A stretch of 64,000 bases of DNA from Oscillospiraceae bacterium. GTDB taxonomy: Bacteria; Bacillota; Clostridia; Oscillospirales; CAG-272. Location of the stretch: contig SVSB01000002.1 of assembly GCA_015064505.1 (NCBI GenBank), positions 47,229 to 111,228 on the forward strand. The letters run 5' to 3'. The notes beneath the pieces are model-generated. The model saw only the letters and a program-made list of their open reading frames with translations. It was not told where the DNA came from and made no database searches. Each line of letters starts with the position of its first letter. The first letter of the stretch is position 1. A program made the position numbers and the translations under genes. Shown piece by piece: positions 1 to 9,262 of the stretch.

Positions 1-24
1 GCTTTATATTTTCAGGAGGAAATT

Positions 25-1530
25 ATGAAAAAAAGCTTCAAGATATTATCGTTTGCTCTGGCTCTTCTGATGCTTATGAGCACGGTAACGCTGCTTGCTT
101 CCTGCGGCGAAAAAACGCCCGGAAACGGCACGAATACCACGGATGCTACCACCACTCCCGCGCCCGTCGTTACCGACGCACCCGTACCCGAGGTACTTCC
201 CGGCTCCATAGAAAAGGATTTTGACGATTACACCTTCAAGATCCTGCTGGTAAGCCGCTCCACCCGTTGCCCCAAGGACCTTGTTTTTGAGGATAACGGC
301 ACTATTCTCGACAAGGCGGTATACGACAGAAACGCCAAGCTTGAGGAAACCAACGGCGTCATTATTGAAGCTACCCAGCAGATCGACAGCACAAACTACG
401 CACAAAACGCTCAGGCTATCCCCCAGATGTACATAAGCAACGAGGCGCTTTACGATTATACCGTTTGCCACACCTATTCCCTGGTTCCCTTCGTTACCGC
501 AGGATACCTTTACAATATGGAATCCCTTGATTCTCTCGATCTTACCAATCCCTGGTGGGATCAGACCATCAACGATGGCGTAAGAATTGCCGATTCCATA
601 TACTTTACCTCCGGTGACATCAGCCTTCACATAAACGACTATATGTACTGCGTGATCTTCAACAAGGATCTCTACAAGGAAGAGATCACCGACGGCACCG
701 ACGTTTACAAGCTGGTTGAGGAAGGCAAGTGGACTCTTGACGAGCTCTCCCGCCTTTGCTCTCAGGTAAGCGAGGACCTTAACGCAGACGATATTCTCGA
801 CTCCAACGATAAGTACGGTCTTATGACCTGGTGCGACGAGCTTTACGCTTCCATTCAGGCGGCAGGTGAGCGCGTTGCAAAGGTAAACGAGGACGGTTAT
901 CTTGAGTTCACACTTCAGAACGAGCGCGTTTACGCCATCGTTGACAAGTTCAGCACCATTGAGCAGAGCGACTGGTGCATCAACTTCCAGACCATGACCG
1001 GCGGCGTAAGCTGGCCCAACGTATTCATAAACGGCCAGGCAATGTTCTTTATGTCCCTCTTTAACGAGGTATCCCGCTTCCGCGATATGGACGCAAACTA
1101 CGGTATCCTTCCCAACCCCAAGTATGACGAGAACCAGAAGGATTGGTACTGCACCTTCTCCGCAGGTCTTGCTAACTTCTGCGCAATGCCCTTCGTTCAG
1201 AACGATGCAGAGCGCACCGGTGCTATCCTCGACCTCCTTGGCTACTACTCCTCCTCCACCACCGTTCCCGCATACTACACCAAGACCCTTGAGGGCGAGA
1301 AGATCCGCGACGAGGAAAGTAAGTTCTGCCTCGATATCATCTTTGATAACAAGTTCGTTGACGTAGGACACTACTACACCATCGCAAAGTTCAACACCGC
1401 AATGTACTCTTACGTTAAGGATCAGCAGTTCGGCTCCTTCGCTTCCACCGTACAGACCAGACTGAGAAGCGCAGAGGTCGAGATAAAGAAGATCAACAGC
1501 GATATCGAAAAGCTTAAGGAACAGTATTAA
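25..1530 (+). CDS. Secreted lipoprotein of unknown function (501 aa), with a Pro/Thr-rich linker after the lipobox Cys and a C-terminal coiled-coil tail
   Basis: AGGAGG RBS at 13-18, followed by ATG. N-terminal signal peptide with LLASC lipobox. Low-complexity TTDATTTPAPVVTDAPVPE linker. The long ORF has an antisense partner that is clearly spurious. No family-level motif recognised by eye. Confidence 0.6.
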   Translation: MKKSFKILSFALALLMLMSTVTLLASCGEKTPGNGTNTTDATTTPAPVVTDAPVPEVLPGSIEKDFDDYTFKILLVSRSTRCPKDLVFEDNGTILDKAVYDRNAKLEETNGVIIEATQQIDSTNYAQNAQAIPQMYISNEALYDYTVCHTYSLVPFVTAGYLYNMESLDSLDLTNPWWDQTINDGVRIADSIYFTSGDISLHINDYMYCVIFNKDLYKEEITDGTDVYKLVEEGKWTLDELSRLCSQVSEDLNADDILDSNDKYGLMTWCDELYASIQAAGERVAKVNEDGYLEFTLQNERVYAIVDKFSTIEQSDWCINFQTMTGGVSWPNVFINGQAMFFMSLFNEVSRFRDMDANYGILPNPKYDENQKDWYCTFSAGLANFCAMPFVQNDAERTGAILDLLGYYSSSTTVPAYYTKTLEGEKIRDEESKFCLDIIFDNKFVDVGHYYTIAKFNTAMYSYVKDQQFGSFASTVQTRLRSAEVEIKKINSDIEKLKEQY

Positions 1531-1534
1531 ATAA

Positions 1535-1565
1535 CGAAACGGGCGTGACTTTCACGCCCGTTTCC
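1535..1565 (+). terminator. Rho-independent terminator (aacgggcgtga..tcacgcccgtt + T-run)
   Basis: Perfect GC-rich inverted repeat directly after the stop codon at 1530. Confidence 0.8.
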
Positions 1566-1581
1566 ACCCTAAGGAGATACT

Positions 1582-2835
1582 ATGAAATTGAGAAGGATAA
1601 TATGCCTGATGCTTGCGCTTCTCTCCGTTGCCGCAGTGCTCTTTTCCTGCGAGGAAAAGCCGCCCGTAACGGAAGGAACAACGGAAGCAGATACCACGGA
1701 AAAGAAGGAAGACGATAAGCCGAAGAACGACGGCTTTTACGGTCTGAAGTTTGAAAGACCCATTACCGTTGCCGCTTACGGCGGAAGCGGCAGCGCATAT
1801 TCCAGAATGTACGTTCTCAAGGACGGCAGAATAATCTGCGCGTGGCCCTCAACGGACGGCGGCAAGCGCTGTATGAAGGCTGTATTCAGCGAGGACGACG
1901 GCAAGACCTGGTCAAAGATCCGCGTGCTCTTCTACGGCGAGGATCAGACCAAGACCCTTGCAAACGTGGATATCATTCAGCTTGAAAGCGGTCAGGTGCT
2001 TATGGCGTACCGCTCCAATGACAGAGAGGCATCGGGCGGTTACTCCTCCATCCGCATCCACGCAAGCGACGATAACTGCGAGACCTTCTATCCCCACTCC
2101 ATAGTGTGCGAGCTGCAGCAAACGGGACTTAAAGACGGCGTATCATGGGGACTTTGGGAGCCTGATTTCTGCTACGTTAACGGCAAGCTCACCTGCTTCT
2201 TTGCCATCGGAAAGACCGTATACAAGGAGCCCGTTATCCCATCCACCGACATTTTCGAATGGGACGAAGCGGAAAAGAAATGGGTACAGGCGCATTACAC
2301 CTCAAACGATACGGGCAAGACCGACCGCAACGGAATGCCCATAGTTGACAAGCTGTCCACGGGCGGGTATCTTATGACGGTTGAGACCAAGCGCTTTTAC
2401 AGCGCCCGCGGAAGCACTCTGCTTCCCTACCTGCTCTATTCCGCCGACGGCGTGCATTGGAAGGGCGTTACCGGTTGCTTCTTCCCTGAGAATACCGCAA
2501 GCGGCGGCTCCCCCTACTGGGTGGAGCTTCCCGACGGACGCATAGTGGTTGCCTTCCAGACCGACGAGGACGTTGAGGGTACTATATACGACACCGGCGA
2601 CGATAAGTGCAAGGTCACGAAGATAGTGGTCAGCAATCCCGGCGTTGATATCACCAAGGCGCACTCCTGGGATTGGTCGGAAAGCTACGATCCCTTCAAC
2701 ACCTCTCTCGGCAGCTTCGGCAACTGGCCCGGTATGTTCATTCACAACGATTATCTTTACATCTACACCAGCACGAACGATCCCATTGGCTCCATTGAAC
2801 TTGTACGCGCCTACGTGGGAGATATGAAAAAGTAA
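1582..2835 (+). CDS. Asp-box (BNR) repeat, sialidase-like beta-propeller lipoprotein (417 aa); paralog of the next gene
   Basis: RBS taaggagat. Signal peptide + lipobox (FSCEEK). Asp-box SEDDGKTW, plus YTSNDTGKT and YSADGVHW repeats, typical of the BNR_2 / sialidase fold. No FRIP motif seen, so true sialidase activity is unproven. Confidence 0.7.
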   Translation: MKLRRIICLMLALLSVAAVLFSCEEKPPVTEGTTEADTTEKKEDDKPKNDGFYGLKFERPITVAAYGGSGSAYSRMYVLKDGRIICAWPSTDGGKRCMKAVFSEDDGKTWSKIRVLFYGEDQTKTLANVDIIQLESGQVLMAYRSNDREASGGYSSIRIHASDDNCETFYPHSIVCELQQTGLKDGVSWGLWEPDFCYVNGKLTCFFAIGKTVYKEPVIPSTDIFEWDEAEKKWVQAHYTSNDTGKTDRNGMPIVDKLSTGGYLMTVETKRFYSARGSTLLPYLLYSADGVHWKGVTGCFFPENTASGGSPYWVELPDGRIVVAFQTDEDVEGTIYDTGDDKCKVTKIVVSNPGVDITKAHSWDWSESYDPFNTSLGSFGNWPGMFIHNDYLYIYTSTNDPIGSIELVRAYVGDMKK

Positions 2836-2842
2836 TAATCAG

Positions 2843-2872
2843 AAAGGGGCGTGAACATCACGCCCCTTTTTG
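2843..2872 (+). terminator. Rho-independent terminator (aaaggggcgtgaacatcacgcccctttttg)
   Basis: GC-rich hairpin + T5 after the stop codon at 2835. Confidence 0.8.
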
Positions 2873-2888
2873 CAATCAGGAGATTATT

Positions 2889-4511
2889 GTGAGAATTCTA
2901 AAAATATTTCTATTGCTTACTATGATGATAGCAGTTGTTTCATGTACGTCTGACACTACGAGCAAGGAAACCTCAGAGGCAATGACAACTACAACCGAAC
3001 CTGTGACGGAGCCTGTAACGGAGCCTGTGACTGAACCCGTTACCGAGCCTGTAACGGAGCCTGTAACGGAGCCTGTAACGGAGCCTGTGACGGAGCCTGT
3101 GACTGAACCCGTTACCGAGCCTGTAACGGAGCCTGTAACGGAGCCTGTGACGGAGCCTGTGACCGAACCTGCGACGGAGCCTGTAACGGAGCCTGTTACC
3201 GAGCCTGTTACCGAGCCTGTTACCGAACCTGCGACGGAGCCTGTAACCGAGCCTGTAACCGAGCCTGTAACCGAACCTGTCACCGAGCCTGTAACCAAGC
3301 CTGTAACCGAACCCGTTACCGAGCCTGTGACCGAGCCTGTTACCGAGCCTGTTACCGAGCCTGTGACCGAACCCGTTATTATTCCCGAAGGACCGGGATT
3401 CGAGGGTCTGCACTTTGAGGAGCCCATCGTTGTTGCCAAATACAGCACAAGCTCAAACCCCGGAAGTGCATATTCCCGAATGTACGTGCTGCAGGACGGA
3501 AGAATGATCTGCGCATGGCCCTCCACAAGCGGCGGTATGCGCTGTATGAAGGCCGTTTTCAGCGAGGACGACGGAAAAACGTGGTCGCCTATACGCGTGC
3601 TCTTTTACGGCGAGGATCAGACCAAGACCCTTGCAAACGTTGATATCATTCAGCTTGAAAGCGGCAGAGTGCTTATTGCCTATCGCTCAAACGATAAAAC
3701 TGCCTCGGAGGGTTATTCTTCAATACGTATCCACGCAAGCGACGATAATTGCAAAACCTTTTACCCTCATTCCATCGTTATGGAATTACAGCAAAAAGGG
3801 CTTAAGAACGGCGTTTCCTGGGGACTTTGGGAGCCCGATTTCTGCTATATCGACGGTAAGCTGCTTTGTTTTTTTGCAGTGGGCAAAACGGTATATCCCA
3901 ACCCCACCATTCCCAGCACCGAGATATACGAATGGGTAGAAGCGGAGGGAAAATGGCAAAAATACCGCTACACCTCTGACGATACCGGGAAAACGGATCG
4001 CAACGGAATGCCCATAGTAGATAAGCTTTCCTCCGGCGGATATCTTATGACAGTGGAAACCAAGCGTTACAAGGAAATGCGCGGCAATTCTCTTCTTCCC
4101 TTCCTGATATATTCTGCGGACGGTAAGCATTGGAAGGGAATAAACGGCTGTTTCTTCCCGCTTAACAAGGCAAACGGCGGCGCGCCTTACTGGGTAGAAC
4201 TGCCCGACGGACGTATAGTGGTCGCCTTCCAGACGGAGGAGGATATAGACGGAACTGCACTTGACACGAATAAGGATAACTGCAGGCTTACGAAGATAGT
4301 TGTAAGCAAGAAAGGCGTGCCCGTGGAAAAGTTGACTGCAACCTCTTGGTCAAAGAGCTATGATCCCTTTAACACCAAGGCGGGTAAATTCGGCAACTGG
4401 CCCGGAATGCTTATCCATAAGGACTACCTGTATATTTATACGAGCACCAACGACCCCTCGGGGCAGATAGAGCTGGTGCGTGCATACGTTGGACATCTTA
4501 ATAAAGATTAA
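2889..4511 (+). CDS. Asp-box (BNR) sialidase-like lipoprotein with a long (TEPV)n linker (540 aa); GTG start
   Basis: GTG at 2889 preceded by caggaga RBS. Signal peptide + lipobox (VVSCTS). Catalytic region is highly similar to the 1582-2835 product; both share YSRMYVLxDGRxICAWPSTxGGxRCMKAVFSEDDGKTW. Confidence 0.75.
   Translation: MRILKIFLLLTMMIAVVSCTSDTTSKETSEAMTTTTEPVTEPVTEPVTEPVTEPVTEPVTEPVTEPVTEPVTEPVTEPVTEPVTEPVTEPVTEPATEPVTEPVTEPVTEPVTEPATEPVTEPVTEPVTEPVTEPVTKPVTEPVTEPVTEPVTEPVTEPVTEPVIIPEGPGFEGLHFEEPIVVAKYSTSSNPGSAYSRMYVLQDGRMICAWPSTSGGMRCMKAVFSEDDGKTWSPIRVLFYGEDQTKTLANVDIIQLESGRVLIAYRSNDKTASEGYSSIRIHASDDNCKTFYPHSIVMELQQKGLKNGVSWGLWEPDFCYIDGKLLCFFAVGKTVYPNPTIPSTEIYEWVEAEGKWQKYRYTSDDTGKTDRNGMPIVDKLSSGGYLMTVETKRYKEMRGNSLLPFLIYSADGKHWKGINGCFFPLNKANGGAPYWVELPDGRIVVAFQTEEDIDGTALDTNKDNCRLTKIVVSKKGVPVEKLTATSWSKSYDPFNTKAGKFGNWPGMLIHKDYLYIYTSTNDPSGQIELVRAYVGHLNKD
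2994..3377 (+). repeat. Tandem 12-nt repeat (acggagcctgta, ~32 copies) encoding (TEPV)n with a few TEPA/TKPV variants
   Basis: Direct reading of the sequence. In-frame in the 2889-4511 CDS. Generates two spurious antisense ORFs (2876-3526, 2973-3413). Confidence 0.95.
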
Positions 4512-4678
4512 CTACTGTTTTCAGAAAAGGCATTTTTATCTTTTTTACCCGCACGTACGAAAAAACACGTCCTTAATAAACCAAAACGTATTGCATTTAT
4601 CGGCACGTTATTGTAAAATAAACGTATATTGTTGCTACTTTATTTATATTTAAAAAACAACTTCAAAGGAGACTCCAA

Positions 4679-6412
4679 ATGAACATTCCAAGACCCGAAC
4701 ATCCCAATCCCATGAGCGTGCGCGAGCGCTGGGAAAACCTTAACGGTCAGTGGGACTTTACCGTTGACTGGTCCAAGAGCGGCAGAGCAAGAGATCTGAA
4801 GCTTGGTAACGAGGGCTACGATAAGAAGATCACCGTTCCCTTCTGCCCCGAAAGCGAGCTTTCCGGCGTTGGCATCAAGGACTTTATGCCCGCGGTATGG
4901 TACGCAAAAAAGATAGAGATCAGTGCAACCGATCTTACGGGCAGGGTACTGCTCAACATCGGTGCTTGCGATTGGTTCTGCGAGGTGTTCGTAAACGGTG
5001 AAAGCTGCGGCACCCACAAGGGCGGCTACAGCTCCTTCCGCTTTGATATAACCGCAAAACTCAAGGAAGGCGAGAATACCCTCGTTATCCTTGCAGAGGA
5101 CGATACGAGAAGCGGTCTTCAGGCAACGGGCAAGCAGAGCACCTGGTATGCAAGCCACGGTTGCTTCTACACCCGCACCACCGGTCTCTGGCAGACCGTA
5201 TGGCTTGAGTTTGTTCCCCGCGACTACATAAAAGGCTTCTACGTTACCGCTGATATTGAAAACAGCATTGCCGTAATAAACGGAACCACTGCAGGCTGCG
5301 GAAAGGTAAGCGCAGTTGCAACCTACGAGGGCAAAGAGGTTGGCTCTGCCACCGCATACTCCTGCGGAAGCTTTTCCATCACGCTTCCACTCTCCGAGCT
5401 TCATCTCTGGGAGATCGGCTGTGGCAGACTTTACGACCTGAAGCTGACCTTTAACGACGATACCGTAAAGAGCTACTTCGGTATGCGCACCGTTGGCTTT
5501 GACGGCATGAAGTTTCTTCTTAACGGCAAGTCCGTATTCCAGCGCCTTGTGCTTGACCAGGGCTTCTATCCCGACGGAATCTACACCGCACCCACCGAGG
5601 AGGCTCTTATCAAGGATATTCAGATATCCCTTGACTGCGGCTTCAACGGTGCCCGCCTCCACGAGAAGGCGTTTGAGCCCCTCTTCCTCTACCATGCAGA
5701 CAAGATGGGCTATATGGTTTGGGGCGAATACGGCAACTGGAGTCTTGACCACTCCAATCCCGCAGTTACCGATCTTATCGTGCCCGAATGGCTGGAGCTT
5801 GTAGAGCGCGACCGCAATCACCCCGCCCTTATCGGCTGGTGCCCCTTCAACGAGACCTGGGACTACGATTGCAAGCGCCAGAGAAATTCCCTTCTTGCAA
5901 CCGTATACAAGGTGACCAAGGCCGTTGACCCCACCCGCCCCTGCATTGATACCAGTGGTAACTTCCACGTTATCACCGATATTTTCGACGTACATAACTA
6001 CGAGCAGGATCCCAAGGTATTCAAGGAGACCTATCTGCCCCTTGAAAGCGAGGGTATTCTTAACGACCGCCACAGCAAGCGCCAGACCTACCGCGGAGAG
6101 CCCGTATTTATGAGCGAGTACGGCGGAATCGGACTTGCTGAGGGTTGCCCCGACGAGTACGTTGAAAGTGCATCCAAGCTTACCACCTGGAGCTACGGCA
6201 AGGCGGCTACCTGCATTGCCGAGTACGTTGACCGCTATCGCGCACTTACCGACGCAATGCTTGATAACTCCGCCATCCACGGCTTCTGCTATACTCAGCT
6301 CTATGACGTTGAGCAGGAGCAGAACGGTATTTATACCTACAGCAGAGAGCCCAAGCTTGACGTAAGCATCATTAAGGAAATTAACTGCCGCAAGGCAGCC
6401 ATTGAGGACTGA
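4679..6412 (+). CDS. Glycoside hydrolase family 2 (beta-galactosidase / beta-glucuronidase-like), cytoplasmic, 577 aa
   Basis: RBS aaaggagact. N-terminal RPEHPNPMSVRERWENLNGQWDF matches the GH2 sugar-binding-domain signature. FNETW region (acid/base Glu) and SEYGGIG (nucleophile Glu region). No signal peptide. Confidence 0.7.
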   Translation: MNIPRPEHPNPMSVRERWENLNGQWDFTVDWSKSGRARDLKLGNEGYDKKITVPFCPESELSGVGIKDFMPAVWYAKKIEISATDLTGRVLLNIGACDWFCEVFVNGESCGTHKGGYSSFRFDITAKLKEGENTLVILAEDDTRSGLQATGKQSTWYASHGCFYTRTTGLWQTVWLEFVPRDYIKGFYVTADIENSIAVINGTTAGCGKVSAVATYEGKEVGSATAYSCGSFSITLPLSELHLWEIGCGRLYDLKLTFNDDTVKSYFGMRTVGFDGMKFLLNGKSVFQRLVLDQGFYPDGIYTAPTEEALIKDIQISLDCGFNGARLHEKAFEPLFLYHADKMGYMVWGEYGNWSLDHSNPAVTDLIVPEWLELVERDRNHPALIGWCPFNETWDYDCKRQRNSLLATVYKVTKAVDPTRPCIDTSGNFHVITDIFDVHNYEQDPKVFKETYLPLESEGILNDRHSKRQTYRGEPVFMSEYGGIGLAEGCPDEYVESASKLTTWSYGKAATCIAEYVDRYRALTDAMLDNSAIHGFCYTQLYDVEQEQNGIYTYSREPKLDVSIIKEINCRKAAIED

Positions 6413-6416
6413 TATA

Positions 6417-8090
6417 ATGAAAAAAGCCGTATCAAGAGCATTCGCGCTTTTTCTCTCCCTCGTTACTCTTTTCTCCGTCTCCGCCTGCGGCGGAGGCGGG
6501 GATACCCCCGTTACCACGGATCCCGTCACCACGGAAGCTCCCGTAACGGAGCCTCCCGCTCCCACGGAGCTTATTATTGCCGAGGATAAAAAAAGCGAGT
6601 ATACCATTATTTACGCTCACGACGAGGAATACGGTAACAATGCCGCCTTTTATCTGCACCGCTTCTTCAGGGAAACGCTGAAGGTGAACGTTGATTTCGT
6701 AAGCGACGAGGAGCGCCCTGCGGAAAAGGCAGAAGCCTTTGAGATAGTGATCGGAAGAACGGACCGCGAAGCATCCAAGGACTACAGAAAAAAGATCAAA
6801 ACGGGCGAATACATCATTGCGGCAAACGGGACCTCCCTCTACATCGTTGGCAGAGACGAGGAGGAAACGCGCGCAGCCGTTGAATATTTCATCAAAAATA
6901 TGGCGGGAAGCACTCAGGGCAGCTGCTCCGTTGCCGCAGATCTGTTCTTTGATTCGGGCGAGGAAGTCACTCCCGTTCTTGAATGGGAGAAGAACCGTAT
7001 TCTTCTGAGCCCGGGCGGATACGTGCGTATGACCACCTTAAAAACGGGTGAGCTCGTTGCGGCTTATTCAAACGGAGGCATAAAGATAGCCACCAGCACC
7101 GACGACGGCAAGACCTGGAAGAATCCCGTTACCGTCACCAAGCCTGCAAAGACTCCCCTTGGGGACACTCTCACCTTCGCTAACGCAAATATTATCCAGT
7201 ACGGCGACGGCGATATTATGGTCGCTTACCGCGCCCACAGCCCCTCAAACACCAAAAAGAACTTCTATACCTCCATTCGCTATCAGATAAGCAAGGACGG
7301 AGGAAAGTCCTTTGGAGAACCCGTTATCGTAGTGGAATATCAGCGCAACGATACGGACTTCAAGGGCTTCTGGGAGCCCCATATGGTAATTCTTCCCGAC
7401 GGAAGACTTGCCATGTACTACGCAAACGACTGCATAGGTCCGCAGAATGCCGATTACCCTTACGTGCCCTCCGGCGCTTATCAGCACATTATGGTGCACG
7501 TATTCGATTACGCCACCGAGACCTTTGATAAGGGTGCTATCGCCTCCAACGGCGTTGACCACAAGAGCCGCGACGGAATGCCCGTTGTCTGCCGTTTGAG
7601 CGACGGCGGTATGGTTATGGTGATCGAAGCAAACTGGAACAAGGACTATTCCTTTATTATCCAGATGCTCTTCTCCGAGGACGGACTCAAGTGGAGCGAT
7701 CCCGTAACGGTCGTTCAGCCCACCAAGAAAGATCATTATGCGGGCGCACCCTACGTTACCCTGCTTCCCGACGGAAGACTTGCTCTTTCCTGCCAGGCAA
7801 CCCAGTACAGCGGTGCCACGATGGGTGACACCAACGTTGCCAACAGCCAGATGAACGTATATATATCAAAGGAGCCCATAACCCTTGCCAACTGCAAGGA
7901 CGTTACAACCGAAAGCTTTGATAAGGTGCTTATCAACCCCCTTACCATGGGAGTTGAGAGCCGCTCCATCTGGCCCAGCATGCACGTGCATAACGGCTAT
8001 CTTATCTGCGCCGCAGACATCGGAGGAAATATGTCGGGTGCCACCACGGGAATATATATTCGCCGTGCGGCAATAGACTCCATAAAGTAA
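6417..8090 (+). CDS. Asp-box sialidase-like lipoprotein with an extra ~200-aa N-terminal domain (557 aa from ATG 6417; the ORF also opens at TTG 6402)
   Basis: GAGGA RBS 8 nt before ATG 6417. Signal peptide + lipobox (SACGGGG). Asp-boxes STDDGKTW and SKDGGKSF. C-terminal 360 aa are paralogous to the 8102-9211 product. Confidence 0.7.
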   Translation: MKKAVSRAFALFLSLVTLFSVSACGGGGDTPVTTDPVTTEAPVTEPPAPTELIIAEDKKSEYTIIYAHDEEYGNNAAFYLHRFFRETLKVNVDFVSDEERPAEKAEAFEIVIGRTDREASKDYRKKIKTGEYIIAANGTSLYIVGRDEEETRAAVEYFIKNMAGSTQGSCSVAADLFFDSGEEVTPVLEWEKNRILLSPGGYVRMTTLKTGELVAAYSNGGIKIATSTDDGKTWKNPVTVTKPAKTPLGDTLTFANANIIQYGDGDIMVAYRAHSPSNTKKNFYTSIRYQISKDGGKSFGEPVIVVEYQRNDTDFKGFWEPHMVILPDGRLAMYYANDCIGPQNADYPYVPSGAYQHIMVHVFDYATETFDKGAIASNGVDHKSRDGMPVVCRLSDGGMVMVIEANWNKDYSFIIQMLFSEDGLKWSDPVTVVQPTKKDHYAGAPYVTLLPDGRLALSCQATQYSGATMGDTNVANSQMNVYISKEPITLANCKDVTTESFDKVLINPLTMGVESRSIWPSMHVHNGYLICAADIGGNMSGATTGIYIRRAAIDSIK

Positions 8091-8101
8091 AGGAGACAGC
8101 A

Positions 8102-9211
8102 GTGCTTACCTGGGAAAAAGAACAGATAAAGATAAATAACGGCGGCTACGGCAGACTTATAACCCTGAAAAACGGCAAGCTGCTTGCGGCTTACGATTCC
8201 GCAAACGCCGTTAATCTTTCCGAAAGCGAGGACGGTGGCAAGACCTGGCTCCACCTGGGCAAAATGACCGTTCCTCAATTCGGACCCCTCGGCGATAAGC
8301 TTTGCATCGCCAACGCAAACGTTATTGAATACGCGGAGGGCTATCTGATGATAGCTTACCGCGCCCACAGCTTCAATACCGAGGAAAAATTCTATACCTC
8401 CATCCGCTATCAGCTTAGCAAGGACGGAGGACAGAGCTGGACGGATCCCATTATTCTCTGCGAACTGCAGAGAGAGGATAACAGCTTCAGCGGCTTCTGG
8501 GAACCCCATATGGTATTTCTGCCCGACGGCAGAATGGCCGTTTATTACGCAAACGACTGCGTAGGTCCCCAAAATGCGGATTTTCCCTACGTGCCCGATC
8601 TCAAGAGCCAATACATTATGGTTCATATATTTGATTTCGGCACCGAGAGATTCGGAGAACCCATCATCGCAAGCGACGGCGTAAAGCACAAAAGCCGCGA
8701 CGGAATGCCCGTGGTATGCCCTATGCAGGGCGGCGGAATGGCAATGGTGATAGAGGCGAATTGGAACAAGGATTACCGCTTTATCACCCAGATGCTCTTC
8801 TCCGAGGATGGGATCAAATGGAGTGAGCCCGTAACCGTTTTCAAGCCTACCCAAAACGGTCTTTACGCAGGCGCGCCATACGTTACCCTGCTTCCCGACG
8901 GCAGACTTGCGGTAAGCTGTCAGGCAAACGAAAACAGCGGAGCCGTTACGGGAAAGAACGCCGTTTTCAACAGCACCATGAACGTTATCGTATCGAAAAA
9001 ACCCGTGACCCTTGAAAACTGCAAGGATATCACCGAAGCGGATTTTGATAAGATTGCGGAATTTCCCCTTCAAATGGGCAGTGAAAGCTACGCAATATGG
9101 CCCGCAATGTGGGTGCACGGCGAATATCTGCTCTGTTGCGCCCAGTGCGGAAATAACAACGGAGAGCGCCACGGTCTTTATCTGCGCCGCGCGCCTCTTG
9201 CAAGTATCTGA
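8102..9211 (+). CDS. Asp-box sialidase-like beta-propeller protein without a signal peptide (369 aa), GTG start
   Basis: aaggagacagca RBS then GTG 8102. SEDGGKTW and SKDGGQSW Asp-boxes. Colinear homology to residues ~195-562 of the upstream gene. No N-terminal hydrophobic segment. Confidence 0.65.
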   Translation: MLTWEKEQIKINNGGYGRLITLKNGKLLAAYDSANAVNLSESEDGGKTWLHLGKMTVPQFGPLGDKLCIANANVIEYAEGYLMIAYRAHSFNTEEKFYTSIRYQLSKDGGQSWTDPIILCELQREDNSFSGFWEPHMVFLPDGRMAVYYANDCVGPQNADFPYVPDLKSQYIMVHIFDFGTERFGEPIIASDGVKHKSRDGMPVVCPMQGGGMAMVIEANWNKDYRFITQMLFSEDGIKWSEPVTVFKPTQNGLYAGAPYVTLLPDGRLAVSCQANENSGAVTGKNAVFNSTMNVIVSKKPVTLENCKDITEADFDKIAEFPLQMGSESYAIWPAMWVHGEYLLCCAQCGNNNGERHGLYLRRAPLASI

Positions 9212-9217
9212 ATACAC

Positions 9218-9245
9218 AAAGGGCAGACGCAGGTCTGCCCTTTGA
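9218..9245 (+). terminator. Rho-independent terminator (aaagggcagacgcaggtctgcccttt)
   Basis: Perfect hairpin + T-run after the stop codon at 9211. Confidence 0.75.
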
Positions 9246-9262
9246 CATATACGAGGTAATTT

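Noticed and set aside
2876-3526. Two minus-strand ORFs (216 and 146 aa) rich in GSVT / RLGY repeats.
   Set aside because: They are artefacts of the 12-nt TEPV tandem repeat read in antisense frames.
4640-6607. 655-aa minus-strand ORF.
   Set aside because: It is antisense to the GH2 gene, which has clear family motifs. The ORF is Gly/Ala/Val-rich and low-complexity, with no start context.
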